From assembly GCA_002269645.1 (NCBI GenBank), contig NIVC01000836.1, positions 1 to 64,000 of the forward strand: a DNA stretch of 64,000 nt, read 5' to 3'. This DNA comes from Macrostomum lignano (lineage: Eukaryota). Made by a program: the position numbers and the translations under genes. Under the pieces are notes generated by a model. That model saw nothing but the letters and a program-made list of their open reading frames with translations, searched no databases and was not told where the DNA came from. Positions 1-12,100 of this stretch are shown here, one piece after another; position 1 is the stretch's first letter, and every line of letters starts with the position of its first letter.

Positions 1-1868
1 TTGCATGCTGCATGTGGGAGAGTTGGATCTACTCCAAGTGTAGGCCAATGGACCAAGAAGGGGGGTCAGAAGTTTGGGCAAAAATAGAGGACTTTTTGTG
101 TTACAACTATAAAAGAACCTCTTTGCATTGCAACTTTAGTTTTTTGCATTTTGAATTTTGTGAGATTATAGATAACCAATTTTCAAGGAAATGTTCTCCT
201 GTTTTTAACCTAAATATATTCAATTATTTTCAGTTATTAAATTATCTATGTCTCTTAAATTTATATACAATACTTGCTTCAAAAATTATAAGTGTCACAT
301 CATGTTTTAAAATTATATTAAAATGAAGCATGCCAAAAGAACTTTGCTAACTCCTTGCTATATGCTGTGCATGCAGTACTTGTTGCATGCAAGAATTTTC
401 TCTTAAAACATCTTTAAGAGTATAGATCTATTAGTGTTACAACAATACATGGCCTTTTTATATTGCAACAATAAATAATGACCTTTTGGGTTGCATAAAA
501 GACCTTTTTAGCTAATAATTTGATGGTAGATTTTTTATTTGTTTGACTTTCTATATTGTTCTATTCTAAATATATATTGTTATATTATTTTATTCTTTAT
601 TTATATTGTATTATTACTTTTAATATGTTGATTTTTTAAGAATTGTGGCATTTCTTGTATATATATAATAGGCTAGCTGCTTTGCAAATAAACAAAGCAT
701 TATTGGCATGCCAATGTGTAGATAATATTGTTGTTTTTGGCATAGTACTGTGGGAGAAGCATTGCAATAAATAATTGATAATAACAGTTTTTTTACTTAT
801 AACTAAATAAAAAAATTAGATAATATTTATTTAGCTAGCATTACTTAAATAAGGCTTATTTTTTAGCCAATTTCAGTCAAATATAAGTTCATAGCAATTA
901 AAGGTCAGATAGTGTCTTGATTTTGATCCCAAAGTCCTGGAATCTTGACTCTAAAATGAGAATAAAAATAGGTTTTGATGATTCAAAATTGATAAAATTA
1001 GTAATTATTTAAATTCATTTTATTTCAACTTTTAGTTGTTACTTTGTTTACTACTATTGTTTTTACTTTTTGATTTTAATCTTAACCATATGGACCTACA
1101 AACTGTGGTACAAAAGACCTAATCTCAATTCCTTAATCCTAATCCCAAACTCAAGAAAAAAATTATTCATAATCCTAATCTTGCCTGATGACTTAAATCC
1201 TATCTGATCTCTATTAACAATGTCTGTTCAATCAAAGTTATTCAAAATTGATTGAACAATATAATTAAACAGGTTGAGATTTATGAAAAGCAATTGAGCC
1301 ATAAAGTCCATCATTTTGATATTTTTAAAGATTTATGATAAATAGATATAGGCAACTCGTCTTTAATTTACTATTTATAATTTTTGGCATATACTATTAT
1401 TCAAGGTATGACATTTTACTATGCCATAAAGTTGAGCTAATGATGTAAAAAATAATTTAAAAACTTTTTTGGAAAGCAAATTTGGATTTTATATATATAT
1501 AATAGGCAATAAGACTTTCTTTATTATTGTTATATTCCAATTCAAGCATTTCTAAGCACCTGCAAAAGTGGAATTTTTAATATGCACAATATGCTTTTTC
1601 AATGTTTTAATAGTGTTACAAAATTGATTGTATATACAGTAATATACTTATAAAGAAAAGTGTTATATTAGCATTATATGTAAATAAAACTGTAGTGTCT
1701 TTAGATATTGCTTTTAAATGTAAACAAATTTAAATTTTTTGCACTTATTTCAGCTGCAGTGTTATATTTAATAATAATTTTCTTTTTATAATATTTTGTC
1801 ACACACATTGCAGTATTTCATAAAATAATTATCCACCTGTCCCACCACCGCTGCTTCTTCGCAGAAAC

Positions 1869-4800
1869 ATGGGCACCAGCGCCGAGGATGTCAGTCCTAG
1901 TCGGCCGCAGCTTTCCTGTCCGTCTGTTTGTCCTCTGTGCGGCAGCGGAGTTCGCATAGCTCAGTGCGGCTGGATGCGAGCAATGCCAGTGTGCGACAAT
2001 GCCCAGTGTCTGTACCCTATGGTGTCCGAGCTGCCTGCGCCAAACCTAGCCAGGCCCTACACAGACATGCCAGCTAGTCCGCCAGCTGCTAGTTCATCTT
2101 CTCCGACAGCTAAATTAGATCATTCCGATGCTGACAGCCAGGCTGTATCTATTGAATCAGTTAGCCATCTGCCAGTGGAACCAGATGAAGTGTTTGTTCA
2201 CACAATGACCGAGCCTGATCGGTCTGGTCCGTTTACTGCCGCCGCGCTAACTACTGTTCTCTGCGGTCCTGTCCAGCGGCGAGCCAGTGCGGCAGCTTCA
2301 ACTTCATCCGGCACCCTGGCCGCGTGCAGCCGCGCCTACGCTAAAGCGCTGCGACTAACCAGAGCGTCGTTGCACCCGGCGCAGGTCTCCTCTGGACGAG
2401 TTTCAACGAGGCGTCAGTTTCGCAATTTGGAACTTGTCGGCCTGGCCGATATTGAGCGGTCGGTGCTGCGCGAGCTGGACTCGCTAGATAGATTAGTGGC
2501 TAAGCCACTCTCCCTAAGCGTCAGCGATGTTCGCGACGATTTTTATGAGACCGCGCATCGGCTATTGAAATCCGACAAGCGATTGGCTAAACAATTCCAG
2601 TCTGTTCACACCCTGCGCCAGGTCTGCACTGTGTGCTTTAAGCAGCACGTTAGCCGGTAAGTAGATGAATAATTTTTGTTTTTTAACACACATGCCCAAT
2701 AATTAGAAAGTCAGTGCGCTGACGCCTGTGTGTGCTCAGAAGTTAGCAGAATGAGTAGAATTGCCTCGGCGCTGAGAGTTCGTTTTCGTGTGAACAATTA
2801 CAGCAATTGTGATTTTGGTCCAGATCAAGGTTTTAGTCTAGTAAGATTCTTAGACAGTGCTTAACAAAAACTTAATGGCCATTTTTGTGTTTCTGAGAAC
2901 ACAGCGTTATTAACGCTCGTATTGGGTTTGTTAAGCGTCAGAATTGCAGTGCCATTTGGCATCCTGGGTCCAAGTTCAGATCTTTAAACAAGTTTCAAAA
3001 TTCAAAATCAAACAAAATATCAACACCTCTCTACCTCTACCCTTTACACTGCTAAGTCTCCAAGTCTCTTTGACAATTGATAGAAGTCTTGAAAATCCTA
3101 AAATCCATATAATTATAGAGTTATTAATGCCTGAAACAGAGGTTAAAATACAAAAAATATATAATTTAAACCAAATAATATCCAGCTTAGAAAAAAACAG
3201 GGTGCCAATGTTTAACCCAAGGTTGAAATTTAGGATAACAAAATTAATTTAACGCACGCTATGACAAAAAGCCAGTGTAAGACAGAGCAGTACTTCATTA
3301 ATTTATTACCGTTTCGTATTCGCAATAATAAAAAAATGCACAACTACTCTCATTTGTTAGACAAAAAGCCACCGTACTACGATTAAGCGATCCGGCTACA
3401 GATTTCGATCTATTTGATCCCAACAAGCGAGTTTTTTGCGGCCTTGCCAACACTGCAGGGCGCCGCAGCAGCGCGTTTTGTTGCGCTGGGAAAAGTACGC
3501 GTTGAACTTATGTTGACTAATAATTTAATGTATTTGTTTGAGACAATGGGATTTTAATTGTCAAGTCTTGTAATTTTTCTCCAGATCCTCAGACGGCCGC
3601 CAGCCAATCTCGGACGCAGTTTTCCTAGAGGCCCGCGACGGCTTGCCCGGCCCAATCCAGCTGAATAAGAGCCTGCGCACGCACGATGGCCTGGCCCTGA
3701 TACCTACGGCTGCTGTGCAACGATTGACTCGTAGCAGCCAATCTAACAATCAATTTTATTACGTTATTTGGCTATACAGTCGGGACAGTAAGTTTTGCTT
3801 TAATAACTAGCCGACTCTAGTGTGCTTGCGTGTGTGGTCTGACTGGACTCGCAGATACTATACTAGACCTGCCACTTGGCCAAATTGGCCATTTCAAAAT
3901 TTGGAGAGGACGCAATCGTAAAAGTTGTTAGAGCAAGAACAAAACTAGTCGGTTAACTGGTTAAAAATAATAAAAACGGGTCAAACTGTTTTCTAAGCTA
4001 AATACTTTCTACTGTACTGAAAGTAGTTTGGTGTGTAGCACGTTCTAGAATCCATTATACTAAAATTTCCATTTCTGTCTTTTATTAGGGTGTGTCTAGT
4101 CTAGTGTCTAGTCTGTGTGAATGAATATTATACTTGTGCCTGTTTTCTATCATAGTGTTTTAAGTACAAGTATTGATTATATAAATGCTATTGTATGTAT
4201 ATTTGTAGACAGTCTTTGTGTCTTACCACTTTAGGGCAAGCCCGCATCGGTGATCGAAGTGTTATTAATTCGATTCTTGTCGAAAATAGCACTTATTGTG
4301 CTGATGCGAGATTGCGATATACTTATAGTCAGGTGTGGACTTTGCAGAAAAGAAAACGAAATCTTTACGGCTTGCTAAAACAAAAAAAATTGTTTAATCT
4401 ATTGAGAATTACATATAAACTATAAATCTGAATTGAAAATCAGTTATGCAAAAAGAACCGAAGTTCACAGCTAGAAACCGACTTTACGGCTTACCAGCAT
4501 TACCTAGTCCTAAAAATCCAGTCAGAAACCGACTTTGCGGCTTTCCAACATTACCTAAAAATCCAGTCAGAAACCGACTTTACGGCTTACCAGCATTACC
4601 TAGTCCTAAAAATCCAGTCAGAAACCGACTTTGCGGCTTACCAGCATTACCTAGTCCTAAATATCCAGTCAGAAACCGACTTTACGGCTCACCAGCATTA
4701 CCTAGTCCTAAATATCCAGTCAGAAACCGACTTTACGGCTTACCAGCATTACCTAGTCCTAAAAATCCAGTCAGAAACCGACTTTGCGGCTTTCCAACAT

Positions 4801-7800
4801 TACCTAAAAATCCAGTCAGAAACCGACTTTACGGCTTACCAGCATTACCTAGTCCTAAAAATCCAGTCAGAAACCGACTTTGCGGCTTACCAGCATTACC
4901 TAGTCCTAAATATCCAGTCAGAAACCGACTTTACGGCTCACCAGCATTACCTAGTCCTAAATATCCAGTCAGAAACCGACTTTACGGCTTACCAGCATTA
5001 CCTAAAAATCCAGTCAGAAACCGACTTTACGGCTTTCCAACATTACCTAAAAATCCAGTCAGAAACCGACTTTACGGCTTACCAGCATTACCTAGTCCTA
5101 AATATCCAGTCAGAAACTGACTTTACGGCTTACCAGCATTACCTAGTCCTAAATATCCAGTCAGAAATCGACTTTACGGCTTACCAGCATTACCTAGTCC
5201 TAAATATCCAGTCAGAAACCGACTTTACGGCTTACCAACATTACCTAAAAATCCAGTCAGAAACCGACTTTACAGCTTACCAACATTATCTAAATATCCA
5301 GTCAGAAACCGACTTTACGGCTTACCAACATTATCTAAATATCCAGTCAGCAACCGACTTTACGGCTTACCAACATTATCTAAATATCCAGTCAGAAACC
5401 GACTTTACGGCTTACCAACATTATCTAAATATCCAGTCAGAAACCGACTTTACGGCTTACCAACATTATCTAAATATCCAGTCAGAAACCGACTTTATGG
5501 CTTACCAACATTATCTAAATATCCAGTCAGAAACCGACTTTACGGCTTACCAACATTATCTAAATATCCAGTCAGAAACCGACTTTACGGCTTACCAGCA
5601 TTACCTAGTCCTAAATATCCAGTCAGAAATCGACTTTACGGCTTACCAGCATTACCTAGTCCTAAATATCCAGTCAGAAACCGACTTTACGGCTTACCAA
5701 CATTACCTAAAAATCCAGTCAGAAACCGACTTTACGGCTTACCAACATTATCTAAATATCCAGTCAGAAACCGACTTTACGGCTTACCAACATTATCTAA
5801 AAATCCAGTCAGAAACCGACTTTACGGCTTACCAACATTATCTAAATATCCAGTCAGAAACCGACTTTACGGCTTACCAACATTATCTAAATATCCAGTC
5901 AGAAACCGACTTTACGGCTTACCAACATTATCTAAAAATCCAGTCAGAAACCGACTTTACGGCTTACCAACATTACCTAAAAATCCAGTCAGAAACCGAC
6001 TTTACGGCTTACCAACATTATCTAAATATCCAGTCAGAAACCGACTTTACGGCTTACCAACATTATCTAAATATCCAGTCAGAAACCGACTTTACGGCTT
6101 ACCAACATTATCTAAATATCCAGTCAGAAACCGACTTTACGGCTTACCAACATTATCTAAATATCCAGTCAGAAACCGACTTTACGGCTTACCAACATTA
6201 CCTAAAAATCCAGTCAGAAACCGACTTTACGGCTTACCAACATTATCTAAATATCCAGTCAGAAACCGACTTTACGGCTTACCAACATTATCTAAAAATC
6301 CAGTCAGAAACCGACTTTACGGCTTACCAACATTATCTAAAAATCCAGTCAGAAACCGACTTTACGGCTTACCAACATTATCTAAAAATCCAGTCAGAAA
6401 CCGACTTTACGGCTTACCAACATTATCTAAAAATCCAGTCAGAAACCGACTTTACGGCTTACCAACATTTTCTAAATATCCAGTCAGAAACCGACTTTAC
6501 GGCTTACCAACATTATCTAAATATCCAGTCAGAAACCGACTTTGCGGCTTACCAACATTATCTAAATATCCAGTTAGAAACCGACTTTATGGTTTGCTAA
6601 TAATACCAAAAAATCCAGTCAGAAACCGACTTTACGCCTTACCAGCATTTTTTGTAAGAGAACTTTACAGCCTACAGAAATAATTTTGGATTAGAAAATT
6701 TTATTGCCTTTAAAACTAAAAAAACGATTCTTGTATAAAGTATAAAAGATCTAATTAAAAACCACGCGGTGCCTAAAATCATTATAAATCAAGAGTCTTC
6801 CCAGTGAGAGACTGACTTTACGGCTATATAGTTGCGAATGATAATTATTAAGCACAAAGGAAGGAGCCAGTGCGGCTTGGTGGCGGCTCGCGAATCAACT
6901 TCAAGAAGGTTCGACTAAGGTAAAATGCTCCTTCCTGATGAGTTGCTTACTTGCTCTACATATAGTTTGATTAAGTCAGGCTCCCACTGAACAAATGGTC
7001 TTGAAAAGTTAGCCATTAATCGCGTGCAACAAAACTCATTGAAAAGTTGAAATTCAAGTAAGTTCCGACCCGACTTATCTGCAAGCATCCAGTTTCGTTA
7101 ATAAACCGTAGATTATAGTTTTAATAAGTAATTTTTGCTCCCTTTGATGCCGTCTGGGTTTCCTTTACACTCACTCTAATAATCTCGTGACTAAAAAATG
7201 TGCCAAGCAATAAACAGTATATCAAGCGTCAATATAAAAATGCCAATCTAGAGGTGAAATTGATTGATAAGTCGGGTAAGTCTGGCTATCGACCATAGAC
7301 AAAACGAATGACTTCTACACTGGCACCACAGGTTGGCATTCTATGTTTACGCTCGATATTCTATGGTAATATCTGGTCTGACCTGTCAATAAAGTTAAGC
7401 ATACGTAATTGGTACAGTCAACAATTAGCTCATATTAAAAACAGGTAACAGAATTTAGTCTCCTTTTTAGCCCAAGCTGCTTCTCTTAAACTGTGCCATT
7501 TTAACCCTACCAGACCGATATCTGTCACTATATATTAATCTGTAGATGCCCGCTGGATGCGCCTGGGTCCAAATAGCGACTCTGCTCTGCCGGCCCTGGC
7601 CTGCCATGACATTACCTCGGCGCCGAACTTTCAGTCTGGCGAATTAGTCGCCGCACTGTTTGAACGCGACTGTCCAGCTGGCGACGCTGGCGGCACAGAG
7701 CCGTCTAGTAGCTTTACTAAAACCTGCGACGGGTCTGGGCGGAGCTCGGCCGCTCTGCCTCCAGTTTATCGACAGCCACCCGCTGCTGCTGCTGTGACCG

Positions 7801-8336
7801 CTCCGCCAGTTGCTGCGACCGCCGATGCCAACAATGACGAGTTGGACCTTCTAGACGAATTGTTCGGCACGCCTCCGCCGCAGTCCACAGTAAGCCCCAG
7901 CGCCAACCTTCAATCAAGACTTCGTTCCGTGATGGCAAAACGTCGCGCCGATTCGGCCGTTTCGTCAGCGTCGGCGTCTGTCGGTGCAGCCTCGGTTCGT
8001 TCGGATCCGACAGTTTGCGGCCAGCTGCCGCTGCCGGCCAGCTCCGGCCGCGGTTTTGTACTGTCGCGTTTCCTCAGCTCCGCCGCTAAGCCGGCCGACG
8101 ATCGACGACTGCCGGCTTACAGCGAGGACCGACACCTGCTAGCGCCGGCTGACGAGCAGCCGCGCCGGCGACGGCGACCCGGCTCTGTCGGCGAGGAGGA
8201 ACAGGAGCAGCAGGCGGCTGAAGCATCGGCAGCGCTACGGGCCGAGCCGCAGTTGAAGCGGGTGCGCACAGCGGAACAGGGACTGCAGGTGGATGCGCAG
8301 CGGGCATCGCTACTAGAGTTGGCCAAGTTCAAATAA
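1869..8336 (+). CDS. USPL1: USPL1-like SUMO-specific isopeptidase homologue, probably catalytically inactive; 4 exons, with one apparent 1-nt frameshift in exon 2
   Basis: Exons 1869-2656, 3361-3494, 3585-3787, 7546-8336, all GT-AG, phases 2/2/1. Motifs are collinear with human USPL1 as I recall it: CPLC...VCDNAQCLYP (vs CPAC...LCEDLQCIYP); LLKSDKRLAKQF...VCTVCFKQHVSR (vs LLKLETHIEKLF...ECSQCGHQYQNR); FLRPCQHCRAPQQRVLLRWEK (vs HFGPCNNCNSKSQIRKMVLEK); SDAVFLEARDGLP (vs SPIFMLHFVEGLP); NNQFYYVIW (vs NNHFITW); ARWMRL...SGELVAALFER (vs GSWLEC...ASEIHIVIWER). Exon 2 needs one extra base near the CCC at 3419-3421 to stay in frame. Confidence 0.8.
4460..6650. repeat. 36/42-bp minisatellite inside intron 3 of the USPL1-like gene
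   Basis: Unit CCAGTCAGAAACCGACTTTACGGCTTACCAACATTATCTAAATAT-like. The 5' part mixes 42- and 36-bp variants with a 240-bp higher-order duplication; the 3' part is homogeneous 36-bp. Confidence 0.97.
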
Positions 8337-9102
8337 ATTATAAATATTAACCCTATAGTTTGGACACCCAAACAGTGCTCCTTTGCCGTAATGCGCCGTC
8401 TATTTGTATATAAGCTTGTTCTGTTCTCTTAATGTCAGTTATGCAGCCTGTGCGGTCTTTGTGTGTTTAACTATTTGCTTGCTAGAAGCATTATCTGAAT
8501 ATAATAAAATATAATGCAAAAAAACATTTTGCTCTATTTTCTCTGTTCAGGAATGCTTAGTAATTAATGCTGTATTGTTCAAATCTATCGAACGGTAAAA
8601 TTTGCTTTGTAATTATTTTATATATTAAAGTACAAGCAGAGATTAAAGTACATAATAACCGATAAGCCGCTGGTAAACGTGCAAAGTACATATACAATCG
8701 TACATATTGCTAATTTCAAATATCGGTGCACTAGTACTAGATTAACAGTCAGCCAGATTAGTTTATCTTAGTTTCTGATAAAACAACAAAAAATTAAATT
8801 GATTTTTAGAGGGTAGAAAAAGCACGCAGAGAACTACTGTAGGTGTACATGTACATGGCGCACGGACAACTGCAGTAGCAGGGTGGTACACTTGATTTTC
8901 TTGGAAATGAGCTAGAGGCTGATTAGGAACGTTTAATCGGATTTTTCTCGACTGAATTTGTCTATGGCAAATTTGTTTTGTTTTGGCCATAGACATAAAT
9001 AAACGGGAGACTATTTCCAATTGGCCCGGTACTTTACTGAAATCGACTATCAATCAAATATACGATAGCTGATAATATCAATGAAGTTGTCAAAGCGTTG
9101 TC

Positions 9103-12100
9103 TTAGCCTGGCTGGGACTGGACATCCCAGTAGGCCGGAGGCGGCGGCTGCTGCGACAGATTAATCGGGTATGGTGGCGGCTGTTGCTGCTCCTGTCCGT
9201 AGTAGTTTAACGGCTGCTCAGTCGGCTTGTTGATCAAGTCATTTGAAGCTGGAGCCAAGGTCGGCCGATTATCATGGCCACCCGCGGCTACAACAATCGG
9301 TTCTGCTACTTGAACGTTTGAAATTTGTAGCGCCGGATTGGTGTGCGCCACGGATACTGAGGCGCTTTGCGATTGGCTGAAATTTAGGTGTACATGGCAT
9401 ATTACATGTACACATGATTGAGTCTTGGGCGGATTTTGACCTCCGTTGGTATTGTCAGATTCGATTATGACTACTGAGAAAAGTATACAAATAAAGATTT
9501 GAATCGTAGAATGTATCACATATCGCAAAGATGTCACGAAACGTCTGTGCACACAGAGTGGTGGGAAAGTACGATGTGTGATAATGGCCGACTGACAGAG
9601 GCAAACCAAGCCAGAAACCGGTCTCGGTATGCCTGCATGAAGTTTGACCCATTTTTTAGTATCACAGGTAAATTGAGTGCGAATGATTCATCATGTCAGA
9701 ATTTCTCTATTGATAAGTAGAAAGTATGGAGTGTAGCGCGAAAAATCTATGCAATGAACATACTAGACGTTGTTCAGCGCTAGCCTAGCTCACACATTGG
9801 ATGGAGCCAGTTGAGGGCAATATCACACCCAGGTACATGCCATGTACAGTTGTACACGACAGAACTGACGATTTTGGCCCAAGGACAGTTATTTTACAGG
9901 AAAACTATAGCTATTGAAGGTGATCTTCTAAACTATTAACATTAACTTTAACGGTAAACTCTAACTTTAGCTGGTTCATTTTTGTCACTATAGTTTCCCA
10001 AAAGCTTGAAACATTAAGCATCTTCAACTCGAGAAAATGTTTTATGATATAATCTACCTTCACGAACTTTACGCACCTGTTCTTGTGCCTTTTGTAGCCC
10101 TTGTAGCATCGGTCAGCGATGTAGACGCAGACGCAGCAGCCCAGCACCACGCCAACGCAGAGTCCGATGACTCGGCCGCTGCTGCAATTGACGCATGCGA
10201 ATTTGTACTTTTACTTTGACCTTCTCGTATCTTAATCTTACTTTAAGCTTACTCATGATTCATATGAGCTTGATCTCATGATTGTTATGAGCTTGATCTC
10301 GTGACTGTTATGAGCTTGATCTCATGATTCATATGAGCTTGATCTCATGATTGTTATGAGCTTGATCTCGTGACTGTTATGAGCTTGATCTCATGACTGT
10401 TATGAGCTTGATCTCATGATTGTTATGAGCTTGATCTCATGATTGTTATGAGCTTGATCTCATGATTGTTATGAGCTTGATCTCGTGACTGTTATGAGCT
10501 TGATCTCATGACTGTTATGAGCTTGATCTCATGATTGTTATGAGCTTGATCTCGTGACTGTTATGAACTTGATCTCATGATTGCTATGAGCTTGATCTCG
10601 TGATTGTTATGAGCTTGATCTCGTGATTGCTATGAGCTTGATCTCATGATTGCTATGAGCTTGATCTCATGACTGTTATGAGCTTGATCTCGTGACTGTT
10701 ATGAGCTTGATCTCATGATTGTTATGAGCTTGATCTCGTGACTGTTATGAACTTGATCTCATGATTGCTATGAGCTTGATCTCGTGATTGTTATGAGCTT
10801 GATCTCGTGATTGCTATGAGCTTGATCTCATGATTGCTATGAGCTTGATCTCATGACTGTTATGAGCTTGATCTCATGATTGTTATGAGCTTGATCTCAT
10901 GATTGTTATGAGCTTGATCTCGTGATTGTTATGAGCTTGATCTCACGATTGCTATGAGCTTGATCTCATGATTGCTATGAGCTTGATCTCGTGATTGTTA
11001 TGAGCTTGATCTCATGATTGTTATGAGCTTGATCTCGTGATTGTTATGAGCTTGATCTCATGATTGCTATGAGCTTGATCTCATGATTGCTATGAGCTTG
11101 ATCTCGTGATTGTTATGAGCTTGATCTCGTGATTGCTATGAGCTTGATCTCATGATTGCTATGAGCTTGATCTCATGACTGTTATGAGCTTGATCTCATG
11201 ATTGCTATGAGCTTGATCTCATGATTGTTATGAGCTTGATCTCATGATTGCTATGAGCTTGATCTCATGATTGCTATGAGCTTGATCTCATGATTGTTAT
11301 GAGCTTGATCTCATGATTGCTATGAGCTTGATCTCATGATTGCTATAAGCTTGATCTCATGATTGCTATGAGCTTGATCTCATGATTGCTATGAGCTTGA
11401 TCTCATGATTGCTATGAGCTTGATTTCACTCTTCACATGAGCTTGATCTCATAATTGCTATGAGCTTGATTTCACTCTTCTCATGAGCTTGATCTCATAA
11501 TTGTTATGAGCTTGATTTCACTCTTCTCATGAGCTTGATCTCATGATTGTTATGAGCTTGATCTCATGATTGTTATGAGCTTGATCTCATGATTGTTATG
11601 AGCTTGATCTCATGATTGCTATGAGCTTGATTTCACTCTTCACATGAGCTTGATCTCATAATTGCTATGAGCTTGATTTCACTCTTCTCATGAGCTTGAT
11701 CTCATAATTGTTATGAGCTTGATTTCACTCTTCTCATGAGCTTGATCTCATGATTGTTATGAGCTTGATCTCATGATTGTTATGAGCTTGATCTCATGAT
11801 TGTTATGAGCTTGATCTCATGATTGTTATGAGCTTGATCTCATGACTGTTATGAGCTTGATCTCATAATACTTATGAGATTGATCTCATGATTTTTATGA
11901 GCTTGATCTCATTATTCTTATGAGCTTGATCTCATGATTTTTATGAGCTTGATCTCATGATTCTTATGAGCTTGATCTCATGATTTTTATGAGCTTGATC
12001 TCATGATTGTTATGAGCTTGATCTCGTGACTGTTATGAGCTTGATCTCATGACTGTTATGAGCTTGATCTCATGATTGTTATGAGCTTGATCTCATGATT

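Noticed and set aside
12-326. 104-aa ORF at the window start, and similar AT-rich ORFs at 59471-63908
   Set aside because: They show low-complexity or AT-rich composition and no recognisable motifs or splice support.
2707-2860. Alternative second exon for the USPL1-like gene
   Set aside because: The nearest acceptor gives an early stop, and exons at 3361 and 3585 match the family far better.
4446-6600. 224-aa and 367-aa repetitive ORFs
   Set aside because: They translate a 36/42-bp array lying inside a phase-consistent intron of the USPL1-like gene.
7068-7277. 12-bp inverted repeat ACCCGACTTATC/GATAAGTCGGGT
   Set aside because: It is too short, has no TSD, and the arms do not extend.
9455-9720. 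Possible extra exon in paralogue A intron 4
   Set aside because: It is not needed, since 10077 splices in frame to 9376, and it shows no motif or paralogous counterpart.
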